The notes beneath the pieces are model-generated. The model was given only the letters and a program-made list of their open reading frames with translations. It was not told the DNA's origin and did no database searches. A stretch of DNA of 54,361 nucleotides from a virus (Duplodnaviria; Heunggongvirae; Uroviricota; Caudoviricetes). Numbering within the stretch: the first letter of the stretch is position 1; the number at the start of each line of letters is the position of its first letter. The position numbers were made by a program, and so were the translations under genes. Below are positions 1 to 12,364 of the stretch, piece after piece. Location of the stretch: IMG/VR virus record IMGVR_UViG_2925919700_000001, one strand, 5' to 3'.

Positions 1-270
1 ATGGAAAATCTACTTTTTGTGATGTGTTGGATTAAAGATCATCATGTGATGTCATTAACTTTTGGCGTCTTATCTGCAATTTTATGGATTAAATCTGCTA
101 CAGCAAAAGTTGAGTTAGGCAAAAAAATTGTCATGGTTACGTATGAAGATCCCGAACTTAACGTGAATCTCCATGATTTCTTCGCCACTGCGCGGCTTCA
201 ATCTAAGTACAATTCATTTGCAGCATTGTCTGCAGCAGCAACCGCGCTATTCCAGATTATTGGTTTGTAA
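1..270 (+). CDS. Hypothetical small protein, window-edge ORF in AT-rich DNA, possibly partial
   Basis: 89-aa ORF beginning exactly at position 1; hydrophobic stretches; no recognisable motif. Confidence 0.2.
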   Translation: MENLLFVMCWIKDHHVMSLTFGVLSAILWIKSATAKVELGKKIVMVTYEDPELNVNLHDFFATARLQSKYNSFAALSAAATALFQIIGL

Positions 271-407
271 TGCTTACCAGCCCCAAATTAATCAATACCC
301 AGTGGTATTAGCAATGTCCATTTCAAGTACATACGTTCTTAAGACATTTGGGCACTGTCATGTCTGTCGGGGAGGAGGTTAAAATCCTCTCGTGCAAAAT
401 TTCTTAG

Positions 408-770
408 CTAGAGAATACAAAGAACATCATCTGGTGTTAACACAGAGTCTTCTACGTACTCAGGGTGGTTACGTAATACATCTCTCTGATGTCTCAAGAT
501 CTGCGCTGGAATTTCTTGCTCATCCACAATTTTGGCAGTATCCAGCAAAATACTGCCACACCTTATTTCCAGCGAAACAAAGCGATTCCACTCTGGACCA
601 TTAGAACACAAAAGGTCAAACAAAACCTCACCTGTAGCCTGTGAATTGCCCAGTATAACAGAAAGCCTCTTCTCGATTTCGTGAACTGAAGTCAAGGGGT
701 TCTCGTAGCCAGTCGCCATAACGACGGCAATGAGAGCCCCTGAGACGTTAACACCTGTTATTTCAAACAA
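408..770 (-). CDS. rnlB: RnlB/LsoB-like antitoxin
   Basis: 120-aa ORF immediately downstream of the RnlA-like gene, overlapping it by 8 nt. Size and toxin-then-antitoxin order match rnlAB; sequence matches recalled RnlB. Confidence 0.55.
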   Translation of the reverse strand: MFEITGVNVSGALIAVVMATGYENPLTSVHEIEKRLSVILGNSQATGEVLFDLLCSNGPEWNRFVSLEIRCGSILLDTAKIVDEQEIPAQILRHQRDVLRNHPEYVEDSVLTPDDVLCIL

Positions 771-1833
771 TATACAAATCCTTAATAATTCCCCATGCCT
801 GTCTGGCCTTAGTCATCAGTCGTGCCATGTCAGAAACCATACGGCTTGTGTCGACAACTATCTCCATATGAAACAGGCCATGACGTTCTCTGTTAAAGAA
901 AGTATAGGCATCATTAATGGTCTTAACCTTAGCTGACGATAAATTGCGTCCAAATTGTTGTTTCAGAATAAATTCACTCCCAATTTTATCAAAATAAGGC
1001 CCGAAACCATCCTGCGTGATTGGCATGCCATATCGGTACATTGTTGATTTAAGTACTCCCTCAACTGAACGTAATTCAGGATACAACAACATACAGTAAT
1101 CGGGTAAATCGGGGGCGGCGAGTTTAACACACAGCCCAGAAACGAGCAATTTTTCAACATTCTTATGCAATAGTGGGTACGCATCCCCCATTTCACACTC
1201 TAGATGTGAGCGAGCAACTTCTTTCTGAACTATATACGCTTTGCCATCGTCCTGACGAATGAGAACTTTTTCCAGTCCTTGTAAATCGAGTAGCTCTGAC
1301 AAGTTGAATATAAACACTCTATAACATGACAATGGACGCCCTTGTATTTGTAGTGTTCCATTTCTGTGATGCAGACTAACTGTCAACTCATCCTGAAATT
1401 CTGGCGAATGAATTTTCCACACCGTTGTATGAGTGTTCCGTAAGTATTCGTAAAATTGTATATGTGGCTGCTCTGCTGAGAGCTGAAGTACAGATAAAAC
1501 GTTCGCTTCAACGAACCCTTGTAACACCATATTTACCTGTTCAAATTCTGCAGGATTGATGGTTTCATAGAGATTATCAGCCAACTCTTTTCCAAGATTA
1601 CGATTAGCTCCTGTTTGATACTGGACTGTAGACGTCCCTCCGTTATTATAGAAAATGTTAACAGTTGCCAAAGCTTCTCCTGGTTTAGCAAACACAACCC
1701 GAAGTCCTGCTCTTGCACCAGGCATTGGTCCAATTGAATGGACGGAATAGTTTTTATTTTCAATAAATGCCCTAGACGTAGCCTCAATAGTTGTCCGATC
1801 TAAATTTAAATTAGTGTAGTTCCTGACTGTCAT
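763..1833 (-). CDS. rnlA: RnlA/LsoA-like endoribonuclease toxin (RNase LS family)
   Basis: 357 aa from the internal Met (MTVRNYTNLNL...), the size of RnlA; strong resemblance to recalled RnlA along the full length. The listed ORF has a 37-aa upstream extension that is probably not translated. Confidence 0.6.
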   Translation of the reverse strand: MTVRNYTNLNLDRTTIEATSRAFIENKNYSVHSIGPMPGARAGLRVVFAKPGEALATVNIFYNNGGTSTVQYQTGANRNLGKELADNLYETINPAEFEQVNMVLQGFVEANVLSVLQLSAEQPHIQFYEYLRNTHTTVWKIHSPEFQDELTVSLHHRNGTLQIQGRPLSCYRVFIFNLSELLDLQGLEKVLIRQDDGKAYIVQKEVARSHLECEMGDAYPLLHKNVEKLLVSGLCVKLAAPDLPDYCMLLYPELRSVEGVLKSTMYRYGMPITQDGFGPYFDKIGSEFILKQQFGRNLSSAKVKTINDAYTFFNRERHGLFHMEIVVDTSRMVSDMARLMTKARQAWGIIKDLYIV

Positions 1834-1892
1834 TTGCTTAACCCTATAAAAAACTTTAGCAAACTCTACAATATAGCCCCTCTTTAGTCTAA

Positions 1893-2160
1893 TCAGGCGC
1901 TGTATCCTGAAATCGGGTACCGATAATATCCCTCCTGCAGCCATGTGTTGGTGTTAACAAGATACTGTGTATCAATTGAATCCGTCAGATTGCAAAAGTT
2001 GATGCCTCTTTCGCGCAGTTCCTCCACCAGCACGACAAGATGCCGCATACTGCGCCTCAGTCGATCCAGTTTCCAGACCACCAGAGTGTCACCTGCCGAT
2101 AATGTCCTGAGAAATTTTTTAGCCCGGGTCTTTCGGGCGTTGTAACGCTGATTTTATCTT
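1893..2160 (-). pseudogene. Remnant of a Gin/Pin/Hin-type serine DNA invertase (N-terminally truncated, frameshifted, C-terminus replaced)
   Basis: Translation gives ...FEDKIS..RPGLK in one frame and VWKLDRLRRSMRHLVVLVEELRERGINF..LTDSIDT in another, matching the invertase core; the catalytic-Ser N-terminus and the C-terminal HTH are missing. Confidence 0.6.
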
Positions 2161-2233
2161 CAAAATCAGCGCGCATTCTTCTTAGGCCAGCAAGTTCTTA
2201 TATGTGACGTGACTGTGGCTACAACAGATACGA

Positions 2234-2818
2234 TTATTCCATAACAGGGCTTGCAGGCCACTCAATATCCGGTGCAGTTGATGTATCAACACGGTTCAGC
2301 AACACCCGATACTTTTTCCAGGCTTCCAGCAACGAGGTTTCTCCCTCCGTTGCGATTTCCAGATCTGCAGCATCCTGAAGTGGCGCAATATGCTCACTGG
2401 CTACCTGCATCAGGCTGTTTTTTGTTTCTTCCGCCTCCCGGATCCGAAACAGTTTTTCTGCTTCTGCATCTTTCACCCAGGCTGTGCCGTTCCACTTCTG
2501 AAACTCCCCTTCCGGGGATAACCAGGTGACATTTTCCGGTAATGAGCCGAGTTCAGAAATAAATAACGCGTCGCCGGAAGCCACGTCATAGACGGTTTTA
2601 CCCCGATGGTCTTCAACGAGATGCCACGATGCCTCATCACTGTTGAAAACAGCCACAAAGCCAGCAGGAATATCTGGCGGTGCAATATCGGTACTGTTTG
2701 CTGGCAGACCTGTATGAGGCGGAATATATGCGTCACCTTCACCAATAAATTCATTAGTTCCGGCCAGCAGATTATAAATTTTTATGGTCCGTGCTTGTTC
2801 ACTCATTCTGAATGCCAT
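2234..2818 (-). CDS. tfa: Tail fiber assembly protein
   Basis: 194 aa, the size of lambda Tfa; lies immediately downstream of the tail-fiber gene; Tfa-like sequence. Confidence 0.8.
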   Translation of the reverse strand: MAFRMSEQARTIKIYNLLAGTNEFIGEGDAYIPPHTGLPANSTDIAPPDIPAGFVAVFNSDEASWHLVEDHRGKTVYDVASGDALFISELGSLPENVTWLSPEGEFQKWNGTAWVKDAEAEKLFRIREAEETKNSLMQVASEHIAPLQDAADLEIATEGETSLLEAWKKYRVLLNRVDTSTAPDIEWPASPVME

Positions 2819-5800
2819 TATGCAAGCCTCACAATATAGTTAAATGCGATGTTTTTGACGGTGTTTTCCGCGTTACCAGCAGCGTTAACGGTGATGGTGT
2901 GTCCATGTGAGCCAATCGCAACGGAGTGCGTATGAGCACCAATACCGACAGTATGTGCGTGTGCACCTGCAGATGCTGCTGTGCCGCTGACACTATGAGT
3001 GTGCGCTCCTGCAGCACTTGTATTCACACTGGCCGCAGACACAACCTTATGTACTGACCCATTTTGTGACCACTGGCTGACTGCTGATGCGCCTGTGACA
3101 CTATGAGTATGGTTTCCGGCACTTGCGGCTGTACCGCTCACACTGTGTGTATGTGCCCCGGTGTTATTCGTAGATTTAGTGCCGTAATCAAACGACGATG
3201 TGGTTTTCGTACCCAAATCCGTACTGGATGCGCTGGCGCTGTGGGTGTGCGATTTAATACCGTCCTGTTCCTGAGACAATACGGCCCGACCACTGGCAGG
3301 TTTGCCCTTAATCGTCCAGCCACGCATATCAGGGATCACGCCTGACGGATAAGCGGCTGCAAGTTTCGGGTAAGCAGATTTGTCAAAAGTCTGCCCCTGC
3401 ATCAGGGCATAGCCAGACGGAACGGTATCTGATGGCCACGGGATTGGTGCACCGACTGGATAAAACTCTGCAGGAGGATGAGCTGAGGTGTAAAGCTGCG
3501 CCCACGGCGACCAGTTTGCGTCGGTCGTATCCCGTCGTGAACGAATAAATGCCGGAGCATGAGCACCGCTTGTACCACTCCAGCCGATGAGTAACTCACC
3601 TTCGCCAACGGCTGTCATCCCTTTCAGGTGAATGATATTTCCATACGCTGTTGGATATCCGTTGTTATACACCTCGTATAACTCAAGACCTGTTGCCCCC
3701 TGCGTATTGTCTGTAAGCGCGGTTACCCGACCTTTTGAAGCCAGATTAACTGATGATACTGCTGTTCCACCTGACGGTAACGCCCCGATCTCTGATGCCG
3801 TTGGCTTATTTCTGGAGTTATAGTCCCTTCGCCAGCCAGGTGAATAATCTGTTCCGTGATTAATATAGGTAAACTGGGCGTTAGTTGTTCCACCACCAGT
3901 GGAGGTGGTCGGTGTGGTAATGCGGATCGTCATCGCTGACTTTATCCCCATTACTTCAATGACAGCTCCGGCGAGATGAATATTACCGCAACCAGTATCA
4001 GTAATGATTTTATTATTGCCATAAGACCAGGAACCCTTGCACATCCAGTATGGATGGTTAAATGCTCCCTGAGAATCCAGCCACTCGATAAACTGTGCAG
4101 TCGTCCAGTCTCCTGTTGTTGTGCTTACTGACCCACCGAAGGCACGGCAGGCACCAATATTTTTCGTAAAGGTGTCTTTGCCAGGGATATCCGCACCGTT
4201 CTGATCTTTCTGCAGACGTTTCTCAGCATTGTCATTGGCTGCTTTTACTGCCTTTGGCGTTGCCGCCAGCGTTTCAGACGTGCTGTTGGTCGCGCTGCTT
4301 AGTTGGACTATCCCTTTCTGTGCTGTCGTTGCATCCTGTGCGGTGTATTTCCCGTTAGCCAGGTCATACGCGGCCTTAACTGCTTTTGGCGTTGCCGCCA
4401 GTGACTCGGAAGTGCTGTTGTTCGCACTGCTGAGCTGTACTACCCCCTTTTTCGTCGTGCTCGCATCCTCAAGCGCCACAGCGGATGCAATATCCTCTGC
4501 CCGTTTTGCCGCTGTCTCGGCGCGCGTTGCCGCGGATTCTGCCGTACTTTTGCTCTGTGCTGCCGCCGTCGCACTGCCAGCTGCCTCTGTCGCCTTCGTG
4601 GATGCCGTCGTGGCGCTACCCTTCGCTGCTGACGCTTGTCTGGTCGCCTCATCTTTTGAAGCAGACGCCGATGAGGCCGATGACGCCGCCGAACTGGCGG
4701 ACGATGCGGCAGCCGTTTTTGAGGATTCTGCGCTGGTTTCCGACGCTTTCGCGTTCGTTTCGGATGTCTTCGCTGCGGAAGCAGAACTCGCTGCTGCGCT
4801 GGCCTGTTCAGTGGCTTCGCCAGCCTTCGTTGTGGCTGTTGAAGCGGATGATGCGGCACTTTCTGCCGACTTTCCGGCAGCGGTGGCACTGGCTGAGGCC
4901 TGCCCGGCACTTGTTGACGCGGCGCTGGCAGATGATGCAGCCGCTGTTTTTGAGTCTGCTGCTGCGGAGGCACTCTGTTCCGCTGCCGTTTCAGAAGACT
5001 TAGCGTTCGTCTCGGACGTTTTTGCCGCCTTCGCGGAATTTCCTGCCGCCGTTGCCGAGGAAGCTGCGCTACTGGCGCTCAAGGATGCGTTCGTTTCTGA
5101 TGATTTCGCTGCCTCTTTTGAGGCCGCCGCATCCCGGGCTGAGGAGGCAGCTTCTGACGCTTTCGTGGTCGCGGTGGATGCAGAAGTGGCGGCTGATTGT
5201 TGTGACGCTGCCGCATTCGTTTCTGACGTTTTCGCCGCACCGGCACTGGTAGCCGCCGCGCTTTTTGAGGACTCTGCAGCGGCAGCACTTTTTGATGCTT
5301 CAGTGGCCTTTGTTGATGCCGTTCCTGCGCTGGAAGACGCTGACTGAGCCGACGACGCGGCCTGTCCGGCTGACGTGCTGGCTGCGCGTGCTGAGTCCGC
5401 AGCATCAGTCGCATGGGTTGCCGCCTCACGGGCTGATGTGCTGGCATCACTGGCTGACTTCTTCGCGGCTGCCGTGTTCTGTGCCACCGCGGACGCGTTA
5501 CGCGCCACCTCTTCCACCATCAGCTCAAAACGGCGCAGTGCCTCCGGACGGGCATCATCCTCCGTCATGGCACCGAGAAAATCATTCAGCGTACCGGGTT
5601 GAGAATCTTCATACACGGTGATGGTCCCGGCATGTGACGGCGGGAATCCTTCCACCAACAGAATAACGCTGTACTGACCGTACTCAACGTCCATGCTGTA
5701 ACGCCCGGCTTCATCCGGATTTTCTGAGGCCAGCGTGTTCACCACCACCGTGGTGCTGTTACGTTTTGCTTTCAGCTGGATTGTGCAGTTCTGTACCGGT

Positions 5801-5844
5801 TTTCCTGTGCCGTCTTTCAGTACACCTGAAATCTTTACTGCCAT
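2818..5844 (-). CDS. stf: Side tail fiber protein with long Ala/Ser-rich periodic repeats and C-terminal His-rich GAHTHS repeats
   Basis: N-terminus [20 protein letters not shown] is lambda Stf-like; ATG at 5844 preferred over the GTG at 5850; low-complexity repeat region 4.2-5.5 kb. Confidence 0.8.
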   Translation of the reverse strand: MAVKISGVLKDGTGKPVQNCTIQLKAKRNSTTVVVNTLASENPDEAGRYSMDVEYGQYSVILLVEGFPPSHAGTITVYEDSQPGTLNDFLGAMTEDDARPEALRRFELMVEEVARNASAVAQNTAAAKKSASDASTSAREAATHATDAADSARAASTSAGQAASSAQSASSSAGTASTKATEASKSAAAAESSKSAAATSAGAAKTSETNAAASQQSAATSASTATTKASEAASSARDAAASKEAAKSSETNASLSASSAASSATAAGNSAKAAKTSETNAKSSETAAEQSASAAADSKTAAASSASAASTSAGQASASATAAGKSAESAASSASTATTKAGEATEQASAAASSASAAKTSETNAKASETSAESSKTAAASSASSAASSASSASASKDEATRQASAAKGSATTASTKATEAAGSATAAAQSKSTAESAATRAETAAKRAEDIASAVALEDASTTKKGVVQLSSANNSTSESLAATPKAVKAAYDLANGKYTAQDATTAQKGIVQLSSATNSTSETLAATPKAVKAANDNAEKRLQKDQNGADIPGKDTFTKNIGACRAFGGSVSTTTGDWTTAQFIEWLDSQGAFNHPYWMCKGSWSYGNNKIITDTGCGNIHLAGAVIEVMGIKSAMTIRITTPTTSTGGGTTNAQFTYINHGTDYSPGWRRDYNSRNKPTASEIGALPSGGTAVSSVNLASKGRVTALTDNTQGATGLELYEVYNNGYPTAYGNIIHLKGMTAVGEGELLIGWSGTSGAHAPAFIRSRRDTTDANWSPWAQLYTSAHPPAEFYPVGAPIPWPSDTVPSGYALMQGQTFDKSAYPKLAAAYPSGVIPDMRGWTIKGKPASGRAVLSQEQDGIKSHTHSASASSTDLGTKTTSSFDYGTKSTNNTGAHTHSVSGTAASAGNHTHSVTGASAVSQWSQNGSVHKVVSAASVNTSAAGAHTHSVSGTAASAGAHAHTVGIGAHTHSVAIGSHGHTITVNAAGNAENTVKNIAFNYIVRLA

Positions 5845-5851
5845 ATTCACC

Positions 5852-5882
5852 CCACAAAAAAGCCCGCCTGAACCGGCGGGCT
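5852..5882 (-). terminator. Intrinsic terminator downstream of lom
   Basis: Hairpin GCCCGCC-tgaac-GGCGGGC followed on the minus strand by a T-run. Confidence 0.5.
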
Positions 5883-5908
5883 GTCATAACACTGTGTTAC
5901 CTGGCTAA

Positions 5909-6508
5909 TCAGAACTTATAACCGACACCCACGATGAAACCGTCAGTGCGCCAGTCGCCACTGCCGGAGCCTTCATAAGCAATATCAATGGCCACGGATT
6001 CGGTCGGGTTAAACTGCACGCCAGCTCCCCACGCCAGAGACGTGTTGCTGTGGCGACCGTCATCACTTCCGGTCAGTACATCGTGCGTTTTCCCCTTGTT
6101 GTCAGTTACGCGAAGATAATCCCCGGAGAAAGTCGACACACGGCTGTAAGCCACACCCGCCATCGCATACGCGCTGAACCATTCATTCACGCGCACAGAC
6201 GGCCCCGCCATCACGCTGAACCAGCGGTTACGCACGGAATCTTCATGCCAGCGGGTATCGCTGTAATGGGTCAGCTGGCGATTCTTGTCTCCTGCATAGC
6301 TGAATGACGTCACCATCCCCAGTGTGTCCGTAAACTCATAACGGTATTTCACGTTAATCCCGTTCAGATCATCACTGCCGGGAACGTTCGTCCGGGCATG
6401 AAGATACCCCGCGCTCAGTGTGGACTGATGTTCAGACGCCCATGCAGGCGCACCGGATACGGCCAGACAAATGGCTGCGGACAAAATGGCGGCATAAAGT
6501 TTACGCAT
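5909..6508 (-). CDS. lom: Lom/Ail-family outer membrane beta-barrel protein
   Basis: 199 aa with signal peptide, C-terminal ...GVGYKF beta-barrel ending, and the lambda position between J and stf. Confidence 0.8.
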   Translation of the reverse strand: MRKLYAAILSAAICLAVSGAPAWASEHQSTLSAGYLHARTNVPGSDDLNGINVKYRYEFTDTLGMVTSFSYAGDKNRQLTHYSDTRWHEDSVRNRWFSVMAGPSVRVNEWFSAYAMAGVAYSRVSTFSGDYLRVTDNKGKTHDVLTGSDDGRHSNTSLAWGAGVQFNPTESVAIDIAYEGSGSGDWRTDGFIVGVGYKF

Positions 6509-6530
6509 AATTACCTCTCGCTTTTCTGCA

Positions 6531-6557
6531 ATAAAAAAGGCGTCATTTCTGACGCCC
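6531..6557 (-). terminator. Intrinsic terminator between J and lom
   Basis: Hairpin GGCGTCA-gaaa-TGACGCC followed by T6 on the minus strand. Confidence 0.5.
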
Positions 6558-6574
6558 GTTATGGGTTATAAAAT

Positions 6575-9976
<3,402 letters not shown>

Positions 9977-9994
9977 TCACGCTCCATAAACGAC

Positions 9995-10016
9995 AAAACC
10001 GCCCGGAGGCGGTTTC
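9995..10016 (-). terminator. Hairpin in the I-J intergenic region (terminator-like)
   Basis: AAACCGCC-cgga-GGCGGTTT palindrome; the same hairpin recurs downstream of the second I copy at ~24817-24840. Confidence 0.3.
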
Positions 10017-10033
10017 ACATAAAACATTTTGCA

Positions 10034-10681
10034 TCAGCGACCAATCACCACAACCTGACCACCGTCCCCTTCGTCTGCCGTGCTGATCTCCTGAGAGACC
10101 ACCCGCGACCCCACGCGCATTTCACCGTACAGAACGGGCAGAACATTGCCCTGGGCAACCATGTTATCCAGTGAGGAGAAATAGGTGTTCTGTTTGCCGT
10201 TATCTGTACTTGCTGCCGTGGGCGTCCTGGCTTTCGGTGCCAGCATCTGCGCCACTCCGCCCAGGATCATACTGGCCCCTGCCGCATACATGCCCGATAC
10301 AACCGCAGCACCCAGCCAGCCCACAGGGTTCCACCATGCCACCGCAATCAGCGCCGCCCCCAGCACCACCTGAAACACACCGCCACTTTTAGCTCCCGCC
10401 AGACGCGGCACGATGTGGATCACGGCACCATTTGCCAGCGGCTCGTTAAGACGGGCAGACAATTCGGTTTCACCTGCATCACGCCCGGCAATGCGTACCT
10501 GGTACCAGCCGTCGCTCAGTTTCTGACGAAACGCCGGGATCTGCATGGCCAGCGCCCGGATGGCTTCGGACCCCGTTTTCACTCGAAGGTCGATGCGGCG
10601 GCCAAATCGTTGTAAATCCCCGTAAAGGCAGATGCGTGCCATGCCCGGTGACGCCAGAGGGAGTGTGTGCGTCGCTGCCAT
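10034..10681 (-). CDS. I: Tail assembly protein I
   Basis: N-terminus MAATHTLPLASPGMARICLYGDLQRFGRRIDL and C-terminus ...EISTADEGDGGQVVVIGR match lambda gpI; start overlaps the 3' end of K. Confidence 0.85.
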   Translation of the reverse strand: MAATHTLPLASPGMARICLYGDLQRFGRRIDLRVKTGSEAIRALAMQIPAFRQKLSDGWYQVRIAGRDAGETELSARLNEPLANGAVIHIVPRLAGAKSGGVFQVVLGAALIAVAWWNPVGWLGAAVVSGMYAAGASMILGGVAQMLAPKARTPTAASTDNGKQNTYFSSLDNMVAQGNVLPVLYGEMRVGSRVVSQEISTADEGDGGQVVVIGR

Positions 10682-11322
10682 TTGTCGGTATACCTCTCTC
10701 GTTTGCTCAGTTGTTCAGGAATATGGTGCAGCAGCTCGCCGTCACCACAGTAAATGGCGGCATGATTCGGCACCGATGAACCAAAACAGCACAGCAGCAC
10801 ATCGCCCGGCTGCGCCGATGACAACGGCACCTGATACAGCCCCGTTGCTTCCAGATTATCCAGATAGAGATTCTGACCGTGACGCCACCAGTCATCCCCG
10901 CGATGAAAATCCGGCATCTCAATCCCCGCCAGATGATAAGCATCCCGGAACAGTGTGTAACAGTCCGTCACCCCGTGCTCAAAGCGCCGCCCGGTAAGAT
11001 GCGGCACACAGCGGAACTTGTGAATCTCACCCCGGCAGACCAGCCACCAAGGCAAATCGCTCTGCACCTGCAGCCGCCTGTCAGCCTCACTCAGCCAGGG
11101 CAGACCACCGGGGTGGCTGTGGACCAGCGCCACAATCTCACCCTGCATCTCTGCCCGCAGCCAGTCCTCCGGCGACATCCGGAAATACGCCTCCGGCTCA
11201 CCGGAGATATTCACGCAGGGAAAATATCTTTCCCCTTCCGGCGTTCTCACCACGAAGCCGCACGACTCCGCTGTCGCACATCGCCGGGCGTGCGCCAGAA
11301 TCGCTGATTCTGTCTGTGTCAT
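10579..11322 (-). CDS. K: Tail assembly protein K (JAMM/MPN plus NlpC/P60-like)
   Basis: Start MTQTESAILAHARRC...; contains HSHPGG (JAMM motif); lambda order L-K-I. Confidence 0.8.
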   Translation of the reverse strand: MTQTESAILAHARRCATAESCGFVVRTPEGERYFPCVNISGEPEAYFRMSPEDWLRAEMQGEIVALVHSHPGGLPWLSEADRRLQVQSDLPWWLVCRGEIHKFRCVPHLTGRRFEHGVTDCYTLFRDAYHLAGIEMPDFHRGDDWWRHGQNLYLDNLEATGLYQVPLSSAQPGDVLLCCFGSSVPNHAAIYCGDGELLHHIPEQLSKRERYTDKWQRRTHSLWRHRAWHASAFTGIYNDLAAASTFE

Positions 11323-11326
11323 GGGA

Positions 11327-12025
11327 TTACTGCGAAAGTTTGTTAATGGAAAGGAAGCCGCCAAAGTTGCCGACGTTATTGCGAAACTTACAGCCGCTCA
11401 GGCATTTGCTGCATTTATCCTTCGTGATATCGGACGTCGGCTGGTCATATTCATCCGCGACAGCCGGACCATGATAACCGCACTCATCACCGCGATAGGT
11501 CCAGGTGCAGGTATTGGCCAGCATGATGCGCCCCGGAAAAACAGCACCATCCGTTTCCGTCGGTGTGGAGAGCACAAAGGAGGCACTGACCGCACTCAGT
11601 TCGCTGCACTGCTCGATGCGCCAGCGGCTGATCACCTCCTGCTCCGGATCGGCGTCGCTGTTTCCGTTGACGAAGTTCACCGCATCCAGAAAACGGGCGT
11701 AAACCTTACGCCTGACCACCGTTCCGCCGACCAGACTCTGCAGGTCTTCCGCCATCCCGGTGACCATGCCGTGCAGGTTAGAGACCGTCAGTGTCGGACG
11801 GGCAGCACTGCCCTTACCGTTCAGTTCAAATCCCGTCCCCTGAATGGGATACGGCTGATACTGTCGTCTCTGCCAGGTGACCGGCTCACCTTTTTCGTTC
11901 TGCTCATTACAGAAAAAATAACGTTCACCACCGACCTCTGTCAGATCGATTTCCCAGAGCACCACCTGGGCTGACTGAGTGAGGCGTGTCGTCTCATGAT
12001 GTGTTTCCTGTGGAATATCCTGCAT
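11327..12025 (-). CDS. L: Minor tail protein L
   Basis: 232 aa, the size of lambda L; MQDIPQETHHETTRLTQSAQVVLWEIDLTEVGGERYFFCNE... is L-like. Confidence 0.85.
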   Translation of the reverse strand: MQDIPQETHHETTRLTQSAQVVLWEIDLTEVGGERYFFCNEQNEKGEPVTWQRRQYQPYPIQGTGFELNGKGSAARPTLTVSNLHGMVTGMAEDLQSLVGGTVVRRKVYARFLDAVNFVNGNSDADPEQEVISRWRIEQCSELSAVSASFVLSTPTETDGAVFPGRIMLANTCTWTYRGDECGYHGPAVADEYDQPTSDITKDKCSKCLSGCKFRNNVGNFGGFLSINKLSQ

Positions 12026-12034
12026 CAGAGCCTC

Positions 12035-12364
12035 CTATGCCACGACCTGTTCAAAATCTGCCGTTATGGTTACCCACAACGCCCCCACGCTTGCCGACCA
12101 TTTACGACAAACCACCCTGATCGGCTTCCAGTCATAAGGTGGCGTCCACTGAAATGCGCGGACGCCACCGTGCCGTTCCAGAAAGGCTTTTAAAGATGGG
12201 TGTTCACATTTACGAACACGTATCGTCACGCTGTAAGTCGACAACTGGTTATTCAGTCCCGCCGCACGACGCTGTTCATAACCATCGCCCAGCTTCACTG
12301 TCACCACTTTCGGCTCTGATACCACATTCATATCCGGGCGCACTTTCCAGTGAAACGTCTCCAT
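12035..12364 (-). CDS. M: Minor tail protein M
   Basis: 109 aa, the size of lambda M, positioned between H and L. Confidence 0.8.
   Translation of the reverse strand: METFHWKVRPDMNVVSEPKVVTVKLGDGYEQRRAAGLNNQLSTYSVTIRVRKCEHPSLKAFLERHGGVRAFQWTPPYDWKPIRVVCRKWSASVGALWVTITADFEQVVA

Noticed and set aside
4229-5450. Long ORFs on both strands inside the tail-fiber repeat region (4229-5347 +, 4440-4973 -, 4485-5003 +, 5079-5450 -)
   Set aside because: They are alternative-frame or antisense readings of the GC-rich Ala/Ser codon repeats of stf; the translations are low-complexity (poly-A/R/P/Q) and sit inside a well-supported gene.
10579-10681. 103-nt overlap between K and I as a sign of frameshift or pseudogene
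   Set aside because: Both ORFs are full-length relative to their lambda counterparts, and overlapping K/I reading frames are consistent with the lambda arrangement; the true I start may be slightly downstream.
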